A stretch of 64,000 bases of DNA. Origin: Neoechinorhynchus agilis. Its lineage: Eukaryota; Animalia; Acanthocephala. The stretch's first letter is position 1, and every line of letters starts with the position of its first letter. Below, one piece after another: positions 34,025 to 49,512 of the stretch. Position numbers and translations under genes: made by a program. The notes beneath the pieces were generated by a model. The model worked only from the letters and a program-made list of their open reading frames with translations. It made no database searches and had not been told where the DNA came from. Location of the stretch: contig CM121342.1 of assembly GCA_051530055.1 (NCBI GenBank), positions 9,191,480 to 9,255,479 on the forward strand, in the 5' to 3' direction.

Positions 34025-37000
34025 TTGAAAACGAGCTATCTTTTTTGATGGTATAAATTGTACGAGGAATTAATAGTTCGATTATTTAAAATAAAACTCT
34101 GAGGCCAATATTTAAAGATAAGAAATGCTGAAAAAGAGCTCACTTTTTTGATGGTATAAATTGTACGAGGAATTAATAGTTCGATTATTTAAAATAAAAC
34201 TCTGAGGCCAATATTTAAAGATAAGAAATGCTGAAAAAGAGCTCACTTTTTTGATGGTATAAATTGTGCGAGGAATTAATAGTTCGATTATTTAAAATAA
34301 AAATCTGAAGCCAATATTTAAAGATAAGAAATGTTGAAAATGAGCTCACTTTTTGATGATATAAATTGTCCGAGGAATTAATAGTTCGATTATTTAAAAT
34401 AAAACTCTGAGACCAATATTTATAGATAAGAAATGTTGAAATGAGCTCACTTTTTGATGGTATAAATTGCCCGAGGAATTAAATGTTCGATTATTTAAAA
34501 TAAAACTCTGAGGCCAATATTTAAAGATAAGAAATGCTGAAAACGAGCTCACTTTTTTGATGGTATAAATTTTCCGAGGAATTAAATGTTCGATTATTTA
34601 AAATAAAACTCTGAGGCCAATATTTAAAGATAAGAAATGCTGAAAACAAGCTCACTTCTTTGATGGTATAAATTGTCCGAGGAATTAATAGTTCGATTAT
34701 TCAAAATAAAACTGAGGCCAATATTTAAAGATAAGAAATGCTGAAAACGAGCTCACTTCTTTGATGGTATAAATTGTCCGAGGAATTAATAGTTCGATTA
34801 TTTAAAATAAAATACTGAGGCCAATATTCAAAGATAAGAAATATTGAAATGAGCTCAATTTTTGATGGTATAAATTGTCCGAGGAATTAATAGTTCGATT
34901 ATTTAAAATAAAACTCTGAGGCCAATATTTAAAGATAAGAAATGTTGAAATGAGCTCACGTTTTGATGGTATAAATTGTCCGAGGAATTAATAGTTCGAT
35001 TATTTAAAATAAAACTCTGATGCCAATATTTGAAGATAAGAAATGTTGATATGAGCTAACTTTTTTGATGGTATAAATTGTCCGAGGAATTAATAGTTCG
35101 ATTATTTAAAATAAAACTCTGAGGCCAATATTTAAAGATAAGAAATGTTGAAATGAGCTCACGTTTTGATGGTATAAATTGTCCGAGGAATAAATAGTTC
35201 GATTATTTAAAATAAAACTCTGAGGCCAATATTTAAAGATAAGAAATGTTGAAAATGAGCTCACTTTTTGATGATATAAATTTTCCGAGGAATTAAATGT
35301 TCGATTATTTAAAATAAAACTCTGAGGCCAATATTTAAAGATAAGAATGCTGAAAACGAGCTCACTTTTTTGATGGTATAAATTGTCCGAGGAATTAAAT
35401 GTTCGATTATTTAAAATAAAACTCTGAGGCCAATATTTAAAGATAAGAAATGCTAAAATGAGCTCACTTTTTGATGGTATAAATTGCCCGAGGAATTAAA
35501 TGTTCGATTATTTAAAATAAAACTCTGAGGCCAATATTTAAAGATAAGAAATGCTGAAAACGAGCTCACTATTTTGATGGTATAAATTGTCCGAGGAATT
35601 AAATGTTCGATTATTTAAAATAAAACTCTGAGGCCAATATTTAAAGATAAGAAATGCTGAAAACGAGCTCACTTTTTTGATGGTATAAATTGTCCGAGGA
35701 ATTAATAGTTCGATTATTTAAAATAAAACTCTGAGGCCAATATTTAAAGATAAGAAATGCTGAAATGAGCTCACTTTTTTGATGGTATAAATTGTCGGAG
35801 GAATTAATAGTTCGATTATTTAAAATAAAACTCTGAGGCCAATATTTAAAGATGAGAAATGCTGAAAACGAGCTCACTTCTTTGATGGTATAAATTGTCC
35901 GAGGAATTAATAGTTCGATTATTCAAAATAAAACTGAGGCCAATATTTAAAGATAAGAAATCCTGAAAACGAGCTCACTTCTTTGATGGTATAAATTGTC
36001 CGAGGATTAATAGTTCGATTATTTAAAATAAAACTGAGGCCAATATTTAAAGATAAGAAATGTTGAAATGAGCTCACTTTTTTGATGGTATAAATTGTCC
36101 GAGGAATTAATAGTTCGATTATTTAAAATAAAACTCTGAGGCCAATATTTAAAGATAAGAAATGTTGAAATGAGCTCACTTTTTTGATGGTATAAATTGT
36201 CCGAGGAATTAATAGTTCGATTATTTAAAATAAAACTCTGAGGCCAATATTTAAAGATAAGAAATGCTGAAAATGAGCTCACTTTTTTGATGGTATAAAT
36301 TGTCCGAGGAATTAATAGTTCGATTATTTAAAATAAAACTCTGAGGCCATATTTAAAGATAAGAAATGTTGAAATGAGCTCACTTTTTTGATGGTATAAA
36401 TTGTGCGAGGAATTAATAGTTCGATTATTTAAAATAAAACTCTGAGGCCAATATTTAAAGATACGAAATGTTGAAATGAGCTCACTTTTTTGATGGTATA
36501 AATTGTCCGAGGAATTAATAGTTCGATTATTTAAAATAAAACTCTGAGGCCAATATTTAAAGATAAGAAATGTTGAAATGAGCTCACTTTTTTGATGGTA
36601 TAAATTGTCCGAGGATTAATAATTCGATTATTTAAAATAAAACTCTGAGGCCAATATTTAAAGATAAGAAATGCTGAAAACGAGCTCACTTTTTTGATGG
36701 TATAAATTGTCCGAGGGATTAATAATTCGATTATTTAAAATAAAACTCTGAGGCCAATATTAAAAGATAAGAAATGCTGAAAATGAGCTCACTTTTTTGA
36801 TGGTATAAATTGTCCGAGTAATTAATAGTTCGATTATTTAAAATAAAACTCTGAGGCCAATATTTAAAGATAAGAAATGTTGAAATGAGCTCACTTTTTT
36901 GATGGTATAAATTGTCCGAGGAATTAATAGTTCGATTATTTAAAATAAAACTCTGAGGCCAATATTTAAAGATAAGAAATGTTGAAATGAGCTCACTTTT

Positions 37001-40000
37001 TTGATGGTATAAATTGTCCGAGGAATTAATAGTTCGATTATTTAAAATAAAACTCTGAGGCCAATATTTAAAGATAAGAAATGTTGAAAACGAGTTTACT
37101 TTTTTGATGGTATAATTTGTCCGAGGAATTAATAGTTCGATTATTTAAAATAAAACTCTGAGGCCAATATTTAAAGATAAGAAATGTTGAAATGAGCTCA
37201 CTTTTTTGATGGTATAAATTTTCCGAGGATTAATAGTTCGATTATTTAAAATAAAACTCTGAGGCCAATATTTAAAGATAAGAAATGTTGAAATGAGCTC
37301 AATTTTTGATGGTATAAATTGCGAGGAATTAATAGTTCGATTATTTAAAATAAAACTCTGAGGCCAATATTTAAAGATAAGAAATGTTGAAATGAGCTCA
37401 CTTTTTTGATGGTATAAATTGTCCGAGGAATTAATAGTTCGATTATTTAAAATAAAACTCTGAGGCCAATATTTAAAGATAAGAAATGTTGAAATGAGCT
37501 CACTTTTTGATGGTATAAATTGTCCGAGGAATTAATAGTTCGATTATTTAAAATAAAACTCTGAGGCCAATATTTAAAGATAAGAAATGTTGAAATGAGC
37601 TCACTTTTTTGATGGTATAAATTGTCCGAGGAATTAATAGTTCGATTATTTAAAATAAAACTCTGAGGCCAATATTTAAAGATAAGAAATGTTGAAATGA
37701 GCTCACTTTTTGATGGTATAAATTGTCCGAGGAATTAATAGTTCGATTATTTAAAATAAAACTCTGAGGCCAATATTTAAAGATAAGAAATGTTGAAAAT
37801 GAGCTCACTTTTTTGATGGTATAAATTGTCCGAGGAATTAATAGTTCGATTATTTAAAATAAAACTCTGAGGCCAATATTTAAAGATAAGAAATGTTGAA
37901 ATGAGCTCACTTTTTTGATGGTATAAATTGTCCGAGGAATTAATAGTTCGATTATTTAAAATAAAACTCTGAGGCCAATATTTAAAGATAAGAAATGTTG
38001 AAAACGAGCTCACTTTTTTGATGGTATAAATTGTCCGAGGAATTAATAGTTCGATATTTAAAATAAAACTCTGAGGCCAATATTTAAAGATAAGAAATGT
38101 TGAAATGAGCTCACTTTTTTGATGGTATAAATTGTCCGAGGATTAATAGTTCGATTATTTAAAATAAAACTCTGAGGCCAATATTTAAAGATAAGAAATG
38201 CTGAAAACGAGCTCACTTCTTTGATGGTATAAATTGTCCGAGGAATTAATAGTTCGATTATTTAAAATAAAACTCTGAGGCCAACATTTAAAGATAAGAA
38301 ATGTTGAAAATGAGTTTACTTTTTTGATGGTATAAATTGTCCGAGGAATTAATAGTTCGATTATTTAAAATAAAACTCTGAGGCCAATATTTAAAGATAA
38401 GAAATGCTGAAATGAGCTCACTTTTTTGATGGTATAAATTGACGGAGGAATTAATAGTTCGATTATTTAAAATAAAACTCTGAGGCCAAGATTTAAAGAT
38501 GAGAAATGTTGAAATGAGCTCACTTTTTAGACGGTATAAATTGTCCGAGGAATTAATAGTTCGATTATTTAAAATAAAACTCTGAGGCCAATATTTAAGA
38601 AAAGAAATATTGAAATGAGCTAACTTTTTTGATGGTATAAATTGTCCTAGGAATTAATAATTCGATTATTTAAAATAAAACTCTGAGGCCAACATTTAAA
38701 GATAAGAAATGTTGAAAATGAGCTCACTTTTTAGACGGTATAAATTGTCCGAGGATTAATAGTTCGATTATTTAAAATAAAACTCTGAGGCCAATATTTG
38801 AAGATAAGAAATGCTGAAAAAGAGCTCACTTTTTTGATGGTTATAAATTGTGCGAGGAATTAATAGTTCGATTATTTAAAATAAAACTCTGAGGCCAATA
38901 TTTAAAGATACGAAATGTTGAAAGAGCTCACTTTTTGATGGTATAAATTGTCCGAGGAATTAAATGTTCGATTATTTAAAATAAAACTCTGAGGCCAATA
39001 TTAAAGGATAAGAAATGCTGAAAATGAGCTCACTTTTTTGATGGTATAAATTGTCCGAGTAATTAATAGTTCGATTATTTAAAATAAAACTCTGAGGCCA
39101 ATATTTAAAGATAAGAAATGTTGAAATGAGCTCACTTTTTTGATGGTATAAATTGTCCGAGGAATTAATAGTTCGATTATTTAAAATAAAACCTGAGGCC
39201 AATATTTAAAGATAAGAAATGTTGAAATGAGCTCACTTTTTTGATGGTATAAATTGTCCGAGGAATTAATAGTTCGATTATTTAAAATAAAACTCTGAGG
39301 CCAATATTTAAGATAAGAAATGTTGAAATGAGCTAACTTTTTGATGGTATAAATTGTCCGAGGAATTAATAATTCGATTATTTAAAATAAAACTCTGAGG
39401 CCAATATTTAAAGATAAGAAATGTTGAAAATGAGCTCACTTTTTGATGGTATAAATTTTCCGAGGAATTAAATGTTCGATTATTTAAAATAAAACTCTGA
39501 GGCCAATATTTAAAGATAAGAAATGCTGAAACGAGCTCACTTTTTTGATGGTATAAATTGTCCGAGGAATTAATAGTTCGATTATTTAAAATAAAACTCT
39601 GAGGCCAATATTTAAAGATAAGAAATGCTAAAATGAGCTCACTTTTTGATGGTATAAATTGTCCGAGGAATTAAAAGTTCGATTATTTAAAATAAAACTC
39701 TGAGGCCAATATTTAAAGATAAGAAATGCTGAAACGAGCTCACTTTTTGATGGTATAAATTTTCCGAGGATTAAGTTCGATTATTTAAAATAAAACTCTG
39801 CGGCCAATATTTAAAGATAAGAAATGCTGAAAACGAGCTCACTTCTTTGATGGTATAATTTGTCCGAGGAATTAATAGTTCGATTATTTAAAATAAAACT
39901 CTGAGGCCAATATTTAAAGATAAGAAATGTTGAAATGAGCTCACTTTTTTGATGGTATAAATTGTCCGAGGAATTAATAGTTCGATTATTTAAAATAAAA

Positions 40001-43000
40001 CTCTGAGGCCAATATTTAAAGATAAGAAATGTTGAAATGAGCTCACTTTTTGATGGTATAAATTGTCCGAGGAATTAAATGTTCGATTATTTAAAATAAA
40101 ACTCTGAGGCCAATATTAAGATAAGAAATGCTGAAATGAGCTCACTTTTTTGATGGTATAAATTGTCCGAGTAATTAATAGTTCGATTATTTAAAATAAA
40201 ACTCTGAGGCCAATATTTAAAGATAAGAAATGTTGAAATGAGCTCACTTTTTTGATGGTATAAATTGTGCGAGGAATTAATAGTTCGATTATTTAAAATA
40301 AAACTCTGAGGCCAATATTTAAAGATAAGAAATGTTGAAATGAGCTCACTTTTTTGATGGTATAAATTGTCCGAGGAATTAATAGTTCGATTATTTAAAA
40401 TAAAACTCTGAGGCCAATATTTAAAGATAAGAAATGTTGAAATGAGCTCACTTTTTTGATGGTATAAATTGTCCGAGGAATTAATAGTTCGATTATTTAA
40501 AATAAAACTCTGAGGCCAATATTTAAAGATAAGAAATGTTGAAATGAGCTCACTTTTTTGATGGTATAAATTGTCCGAGAATTAATATTCGATATTTAAA
40601 ATAAAACTCTGAGGCCAATATTTAAAGATAAGAAATGCTGAAAACGAGCTCACTTTTTTGATGGTATAAATTGCGAGGAATTAATAGTTCGATTATTTAA
40701 AATAAAACTCTGAGGCCAATATTTAAAGATAAGAAATGTTGAAATGAGCTCACTTTTTTGATGGTATAAATTGTCCGAGGAATTAATAGTTCGATTATTT
40801 AAAATAAAACTCTGAGGCCAATATTTAAAGATAAGAAATGCTGAAAATGAGCTCACTTTTTTGATGGTATAAATTGTCCGAGGAATTAATAGTTCGATTA
40901 TTTAAAATAAAACTCTGAGGCCAATATTTAAAGATAAGAAATGTTGAAATGAGCTCACTTTTTTGATGGTATAAATTGTCCGAGGAATTAATAGTTCGAT
41001 TATTTAAAATAAAACTCTGAGGCCAATATTTAAAGATAAGAAATGTTGAAATGAGCTCACTTTTTTGATGGTATAAATTGTCCGAGGAATTAATAGTTCG
41101 ATTATTTAAAATAAAACTCTGAGGCCAATATTTAAAGATAAGAAATGTTGAAAACGAGTTTACTTTTTTGATGGTATAAATTGTCCGAGGAATTAATAGT
41201 TCGATTATTTAAAATAAAACTCTGAGGCCAATATTTAAAGATAAGAAATGTTGAAATGAGCTCACTTTTTTGATGGTATAAATTGTCCGAGTAATTAATA
41301 ATTCGATATTTAAAATAAAACTCTGAGGCCAATATTTAAAGATAAGAAATGCTGAAAACGAGCTCACTTTTTTGATGGTATAAATTGCGAGGAATTAATG
41401 GTTCGATTATTTAAAATAAAACTCTGAGGCCAACATTTAAAGATAAGAAATGTTGAAAATGAGTTTACTTTTTTGATGGTATAAATTGTCCGAGTAATTA
41501 ATAGTTCGATTATTTAAAATAAAACTCTGAGGCCAATATTTAAAGATAAGAAATGCTGAAATGAGCTCACTTTTTTGATGGTATAAATTGTCGGAGGAAT
41601 TAATAGTTCGATTATTTAAAATAAAACTCTGAGGCCAAGATTTAAAGATGAGAAATGTTGAAATGAGCTCACTTTTTAGACGGTATAAATTGTCCGAGGA
41701 ATTAATAATTCGATTATTTAAAATAAAACTCTGAGGCCAATATTTAAAGATAAGAAATGCTGAAAACGAGCTCACTTTTTTGATGGTATAAATTGCGAGG
41801 AATTAATAGTTCGATTATTTAAAATAAAACTCTGAGGCCAACATTTAAAGATAAGAAATGTTGAAAATGAGCTCACTTTTTTGATGGTATAAATTGTCCG
41901 AGAATTAATAGTTCGATTATTTAAAATAAAACTCTGAGGCCAAGATAAGAAATGCTGAAAAAGAGCTCACTTTTTTGATGGTATAAATTGTGCGAGGAAT
42001 TAATAGTTCGATTATTTAAAATAAAACTCTGAGGCCAATATTTAAAGATAAGAAATGTTGAAATGAGCTCACTTTTTGATGGTATAAATTGTCCGAGGAA
42101 TTAAATGTTCGATTATTTAAAATAAAACTCTGAGGCCAATATTTAAAGATAAGAAATGCTGAAAATGAGCTCACTTTTTTGATGGTATAAATTGTCCGAG
42201 GAATTAATAGTTCGATTATTTAAAATAAAACTCTGAGGCCAATATTTAAAGATAAGAAATGTTGAAATGAGCTCACTTTTTTGATGGTATAAATTGTCCG
42301 AGGAATTAATAGTTCGATTATTTAAAATAAAACTCTGAGGCCAATATTTAAAGATAAGAAATGTTGAAAACGAGCTCACTTTTTTGATGGTATAAATTGT
42401 CCGAGGAATTAATAGTTCGATTATTTAAAATAAAACTCTGAGGCCAATATTTAAAGATAAGAAATGCTGAAAACGAGCTCACTTTTGATGGTATAAATTG
42501 TCCGAGGAATTAAATGTTCGATTATTTAAAATAAAACTCTGAGGCCAATATTTAAAGATAAGAAATGCTGAAAACGAGCTCACTTCTTTGATGGTATAAA
42601 TTGTCCGAGTAATTAATAATTCGATGATTTAAAATAAAACTCTGAGGCCAATATTTAAAGATAAGAAATGCTGAAAACGAGCTCACTTTTTTGATGGTAT
42701 AAATTGTCCGAGGAATTAATAATTCGATTATTTAAAATAAAACTCTGAGGCCAATATTAAAAGATAAGAAATGTTGAAAATGAGCTCACTTTTTAGACGG
42801 TATAAATTGTCCGAGGATTAATAGTTCGATTATTTAAAATAAAACTCTGAGGCCAATATTTGAAGATAAGAAATGCTGAAAAAGAGCTCACTTTTTTGAT
42901 GGTTATAAATTGTGCGAGGAATTAATAGTTCGATTATTTAAAATAAAACTCTGAGGCCAATATTTAAAGATACGAAATGTTGCAAATGGGCTCACTTTTT

Positions 43001-44386
43001 GATGGTATAAATTGTCCGAGGAATTAAATGTTCGATTATTTAAAATAAAACTCTGAGGCCAATATTAAAGGATAAGAAATGCTGAAAATGAGCTCACTTT
43101 TTTGATGGTATAAATTGTCCGAGTAATTAATAGTTCGATTATTTAAAATAAAACTCTGAGGTCAATATTTAAAGATAAGAAATGTTGAAATGAGCTCACT
43201 TTTTTGATGGTATAAATTGTGCGAGGAATTAATAGTTCGATTATTTAAAATAAAACTCTGAGGCCAATATTTAAAGATACGAAATGTTGAAATGAGCTCA
43301 CTTTTTGATGGTATAAATTGTCCGAGGAATTAATAGTTCGATTATTTAAAATAAAACTCTGAGGCCAATATTTAAAGATAAGAAATGTTGAAATGAGCTC
43401 ACTTTTTAGATGGTATAAATTGTCCGAGTAATTAATAATTCGATGATTTAAAATAAAACTCTGAGGCCAATATTTAAAGATAAGAAATGCTGAAAACGAG
43501 CTCACTTTTTTGATGGTATAAATTGTCCGAGGGATTAATAATTTGATTATTTAAAATAAAACTCTGAGGCCAATATTAAAGGATAAGAAATGCTGAAAAT
43601 GAGCTCACTTTTTTGATGGTATAAATTGTCCGAGTAATTAATAGTTCGATTATTTAAAACAAAACTCTGAGGTCAATATTTAAAGATAAGAAATGTTGAA
43701 ATGAGCTCACTTTTTTGATGGTATAAATTGTCCGAGGAATTAATAGTTCGATTATTTAAAATAAAACTCTGAGGCCAATATTTAAAGATAAGAAATGTTG
43801 AAATGAGCTCACTTTTTTGATGGTATAAATTTTCCGAGGATTAATAGTTCGATTATTTAAAATAAAACTCTGAGGCCAATATTTAAAGATAAGAAATGTT
43901 GAAATGAGCTCAATTTTTGATGGTATAAATATGCGAGGAATTAATGGTTCGATTATTTAAAATAAAACTCTGGGGCCAATATTCAAAGATAAGAAATATT
44001 GAAATGAGCTCACTTTTTTGATGGTATAAATTGTGCGAGGAATTAATAGTTCGATTATTTAAAATAAAACTGAGGCCAATATTTAAAGATAAGAAATGTT
44101 GAAATGAGCTCACTTTTTTGATGGTATAAATTGTCCGAGGAATTAATAGTTCGATTATTTAAAATAAAACTCTGAGGCCAAGATTTAAAGATGAGAAATG
44201 TTGAAATGAGCTCACTTTTTAGACGGTATAAATTGTCCGAGTAATTAATAGTTCGATTATTTAAAATAAAACTCTGAGGCCAATATTTAAAGATAAGAAA
44301 TGTTGAAAATGAGCTCACTTTTTGATGGTATAAATTGTCCGAGGGATTAATAATTCGATTATTTAAAATAAAACTCCGGGGCCAAT
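34025..44386. repeat. 102-bp AT-rich satellite array, ~101 copies
   Basis: gagctc recurs at 36887 and 36989 (102 bp); consensus gagctcacttttttgatggtataaattgtccgaggaattaatagttcgattatttaaaataaaactctgaggccaatatttaaagataagaaatgttgaaat. Confidence 0.98.
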
Positions 44387-44479
44387 AATGTTTTCGCAGC
44401 TATCTGGTGTTGCGGTAGAGGGCGGCGTAGATTCCTCCCTAATCCAGGTGGCTTAAGCAGTTGGATTAAATATATTCTT

Positions 44480-44720
44480 TCTTTTGTATGATGAAGTGGT
44501 ATATGAGGTCCACTGCAAGACTGCCCAGACAAGTATTTGGGACAGACCAAACAGAGACAGCGAAAGGATCAGACAGCACGGATATACGCATTTAGACGTT
44601 CTCTTCCTCAGCCATATCAAATCATGCGGTTAATTGTGGACATCAAATTGATTTTTTTGGCCAGTCATATTTACAGAATGGATTGATAATGGTAGCCATC
44701 GAAAAAGGCTGCTCAGTTCA
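44480..44720 (+). mobile_element. Degenerate Penelope-like GIY-YIG fragment
   Basis: Frameshifted EVHC.DCPDKYLGQTKQ...SAISNHAVNCGHQIDF. Confidence 0.65.
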
Positions 44721-45279
44721 ACCGATGGAAGGTAATAAAATCAGAATATCAGTTTAAAATTTCCATTAAAAAGGCAGTGGTGCTCTAGTTCAGAGGTTCT
44801 AGTGGACAATGGGTCAAACAAAGATATAACCAGTCCACAGGATAACGCTAAAACCTTGATAATGTTGGAATTATCCGACGAAATATAGGAAATAAATTAG
44901 TGAATTTAGATGCGGCGGAGGGAAATGTGATATTAATTAGGTGTGTGAATATCAAACAGTTCAAAGTTCGTGCATTTAACTTGTCGATATTTGGTTCACG
45001 TCATTTCGTAACGAGAGTGCTTGAATGCCCAAACTTCTGACACTGGCTTACGCGTACGCATGAGTAAATAAATTATTATATCCCGATTGCGGTGGAAACG
45101 CTGGGATGCCTCGGAAAAGAATACCGACTGCGAAAGGAAATAGTCCACTTGAACACCTCGACAACGGATTCGAACCAGTTGACCCTTGACTAAGGATTTT
45201 CTTTTTTTAACATTTCTAGGTTTTACAATAATAAAGCAAAAAGCGTGCAATCACCGCCGTCCGCAAAATTGGAGAGAAA

Positions 45280-45780
45280 TCGGTGGTTAAGGTTAATAAG
45301 GTTTTATTACAGGTTGATGTTAATAACACGTTCGACACTATTAGCATGAATTTTATATATAAGATTTTTTTAGACTTGAAGCTCCCCAAGAAGCTTCTTG
45401 GTCGTATTCAGTTTTTAATGGAAACAAAGACATATTTTCTAGAGGAAGGAAAACAACGCTTGTCCCGTTGACGGACTCTCATGTGGCTCGTAAGCAGTTG
45501 TATGCTAAATTTTTAGAGGATCCGCGCACGAAGAAGGGTTGTCTTGAACTCGGCTCTAGGATCTACATTTCTCAAAGTCGCAGCAATTGCGAGAACGATC
45601 AGGTGGTTGGGTGTGATGATATGTCATCCTGTGAAAATTATGAAGACGATTATGGCTGGCTCATTCTGTTATTTTGGGAGAGGAAGCCCGCCAGAGTTGC
45701 GGATTGATTTTGGCGTTTGTTTTTTCAAACGAGTATGGAAAGTTTTGAAAGATTTGAAACATCAATAACAGAATCGATGG
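45280..45780 (+). mobile_element. Degenerate LINE RT fragment
   Basis: VLLQVDVNNTFDTISMNFIYKIFLDLKLPKKLLGRI (RT domain 3-like). Confidence 0.5.
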
Positions 45781-46789
45781 AATCGTTTTTATGGCATATT
45801 TTTATAACAAAGATCTGGAATTACATACACGAGAACTGGAAAAGATATTCTATAAAATGATGAACATACGTTCAACGAGATTGTGAGGCGACTGAAAAGA
45901 CGAGACAGAGAGAAAGTGGATTCTTGGAAAAAGGAGAACGGACTCTGAATTTATATTGTGAGAGCCATTTGTTACTTATTCTTTTTGTTATTTTATAAGA
46001 TGTAATTATTTTATCCGTAATCATACACGTACTCTCCCAATACTTTTTGTTCTTTTGGGCTGCTAAATATAAGCTATACTGATGGAATACGACGTTTTTC
46101 CTACGTTTCCTTTAAATTCTCATTCCTCTGGTCTATTGACACTTCAAGAAAGGCTTATTCGTCTCTCTTAATCAGAATTATGTAAATGAAAATTTATCAT
46201 TCGCTCTGTTCGAAATGAAAGAAAAAGAGCTGGAAGGAACATTCTACTAGGCAATGTATATGTTCGCCACAATTATATTCACAAATCCACAACTAAGGAC
46301 ATTCTTGGCATTGGAACGTTCTTTTGTTCGGAGATTTTAACGACCCGCCCGATAAATGGACCCGGACTGTGGCGAATCGAGATGGCACACATGAATTCAT
46401 ATGACCCAACCAACCCACTTTCCACGGGTTCTACAATAACTCTCATTCCTTCTTGGATGGGTGTTTTGCTCCATTGGATCGCAGTGTCCGCATCCATCGA
46501 TAAACAGACGTCGATTGCGGGAATTTATTTTCATGAAATACTCGCTTGGAATATTACGGGCGACCTATCTTATAATAATAACACGTTTATTGGATATCCT
46601 TTAAGATGGGAATTAGCAGTCGGGGGATGCCCGTTCTGGCCGGATGGATGTCTATTCGGGTAGGAACTATCCAGTCGGGGACGGTTCGTTCGGGTGAGGA
46701 TGTGTCCGTTCGATTGAGAATATCCGGGTCCGTTCTTGCAGGAAATGGTGTTTATTGCTTGCAGAAGCGCTTGTGAGGTTGGTCTTGCC

Positions 46790-48165
46790 TCAGAATCATT
46801 TCAGGTTATGATATACGGCTCCTTGGATTCGAGACACATCAGACAAATCAGTGGTTGATGACATTATTGGGAGATTGTCGTTTGGCGCCGATACAGTGCC
46901 AAAGGGTAACTGGTTAAAGCTGCCGTTATTGCGATCCCTAAATAATGGAGACTTGACTCCGAATGATTTGTTAAAGGCCCGGGATAAGTTTTTCAAAATG
47001 TCTTCGAATAATTACTCAGCGCCGGTTAAATACCTTAAATTTATTGATTTATCAATAAGACCATTAATTATTTCATGCATTCTGAGGGCATCTAAGGACG
47101 AATGGGAACAAGTTAACATATCACGCAGAATCCTCTCGGTTAAAAGTCATAAACGTACGGTATCTTCTCCGTCTGATCTTAGGAATATTTCTATTCAAAA
47201 CTCTAAAGTATCTTTATATGAGAAGGCCCTCGCTAACTACCTCGTGAAATTTTGTATGGAAAGGGACATCATCTCTTCGAGGGTAGGTCGGTCATTTCGG
47301 CCGTCAAGGAAATCTATTCTTCTCTTTCTCAGAATTCATGTAAATACAAATGCCTCGTATCGTTTGATTTCTCATCTGTCTACGACAATATCAACCGGCA
47401 GTTCTTGGTGAGTTATATGTCCTTCCTCAATTTTCCAAGCGATATTCTCGCCCGGATAAGAGATCTACTTCGAGGACGACATGGATGGCAAAGTTTTCCT
47501 TCTGACTAAAGGTCTCCCTCAAATCTCACCGCTTTCGCCCATACTCTTCCTGATTGCGATGCAATTCATCTCGGGCTATTCAAGAGATGGGGTGAAGACG
47601 ATTATCTACGCAGACGATATTAGCGCGGTTCTTTTTACCGATAACTCCTGGGAACTCCCGGTGTTACTGCGAGACCTAGTATTCTTCATTATTCGGCAAT
47701 CTAACTTAATGGGCCTAAGGCTGAACTGCAATAAAACAAACATTATGGCCGTAGCGGGTAGTCATTATATCACCAGAAAATTAAGAAATATCATTAGATC
47801 AGAATATAAATGATAAAAAATTCAATCGAATTAAGATCTCAGGCTATAATCTTAATTCTAGGTTGAACGAGAAATTCGACCTATCACATCTTAAAAAACA
47901 CTTAAATCAGCAAAACTTTTTTACATTAGAGCAAGTAAACTCAACCTAACAGTCAAAAACGATTTCAGATTTGGAAAACATGGGTCATCTCTGACCTTAG
48001 GTTTTTCAGTCGCAGTAGACAGGAGAGGTTTTGCTAAAAAAATGCCACCGAGATATTGACACCTTGAAAAACAATTTAAGGAGATGGCAAGATAACGAGA
48101 GTGCTTGAATGCTCAAACTTCGGACACTGGTTTACGCGTACGCATGAGTAAATAAATTATTATTA
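46790..48165 (+). mobile_element. 5'-truncated LINE ORF2 (RT) with 3' end
   Basis: SDLRNISIQNS, SFDFSSVYDNI, GLPQISPLSPILF, YADD; 3' end taaataaattattatta, whose last ~70 bp recur at 45008-45078. Confidence 0.8.
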
Positions 48166-49477
48166 AAAACGCTCAGTGATGGGATGTAGTAATCATAATC
48201 CCTGATACAACCAAGGATTCATCTCTGAGTGTGCCATGATCAGATCCTGAATCATCGGCTTCTGAAGTTTCTTTTTTCATAGAAGTTGGTCACATTCGGC
48301 ATTCACGAGATGAGGAACTGAATCTATAAACGTAAGAGACTATTGGCGATGCTCTGGGAATTCCCTAAACGTACGTCAATATACGAATCTTAACTGCTGA
48401 GCAAAATAAAACAACGGGCCATACCAGGAAACTTGATCTTAAACATTCGAACAGTCGTTAATATTGATGCCGTTCGGAATCCATATTTTCCTTTTATAGG
48501 TACCTATGGAGCTCATCAGATGAGGATATCCTCGCTAGATAATAGACTGTTTTTTATCAGAAGATGAAACGACCGAGCGCACAACTCCTCTATCTGATTT
48601 GCAAATCCTTAAATGCTGTCAGTTACTTAAAGGACTGGGTCAAATGGGGCTCGCACATTACACTTTCCCTTAGACGCAATACCGTTAAAATTTATCTCCC
48701 AAAACGACTCCACCATTTAGGAGTCCCTTCGTCCGTTATTTCTAAACTTTACTACATTTTCATTTTACCTTAATCCCTCACCAACGGCTACCCCGTCTTT
48801 TGCAACCTTTTCCAAAATCACAAATCCGTCACCTTGAAATGTTTCATAGAAGAGCCTATAAAATTTGCGCAGTTGATTTTCTCCTGCTCACTGAATGTCT
48901 TTATAAAAATTTTCCGCAAGCAATCAAAATGCCTCTCAGTCCTACTACAAAGCATTTCACACGAGCATAACGCTCGCAATCCCAATTGCTTTCATCATTC
49001 TATTCCTCGCACCTAAATGCTTTATCTCATTCGATTTCTCAGCAGTCTATGACAATATTAATCTTCAATTCGTAATCGGCTACATGTCCTTGTCAAATTT
49101 CGCTCACGGGATACTAGGGGAACTTCTTGGCTTTCTTAATATAAATTTTACAATGATGGGTATCCTGCTTAACTCTAACAAAACCAAAGTTTTAGCCATA
49201 GCCTTAAGACTGCAAAACAGGATAAAAATTTGGGATAAAATTTTAACCCTAAATTAAATGAAAAATTAGATATTAAATTTTAAAAGGATTTTTAAATTAG
49301 CTAAACGTTACTGTCTTAAACCATGGAAGGAAGCACCGTCCAGCGAAGTGTTAAAATCAATGAAAAACTCCACATAACGCAGGAGTACGAGCGGAAATAC
49401 AGTCCCTGAATCTCGGGAATGGCGATCCCGCGTACCCGAGACATACAATAGAAACCAACTCAAACCTCTTCAGATGA

Positions 49478-49512
49478 CTGATGAGGCGAGGTTTAATCTC
49501 GAAACATTTCAA
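49478..49512 (+). ncRNA. Degenerate hammerhead-like motif at a putative Penelope 3' remnant
   Basis: CTGATGA-ggc-GAG(gtttaat)CTC-GAAA-cat followed by AATAAA. Confidence 0.4.

Noticed and set aside
35641-44318. Many 66-112 aa minus-strand ORFs (FKYWPQSFILNNRTINSSDNLYHQKSEL..)
   Set aside because: By-products of the 102-bp satellite; frequent single-base indels break the frame between units.
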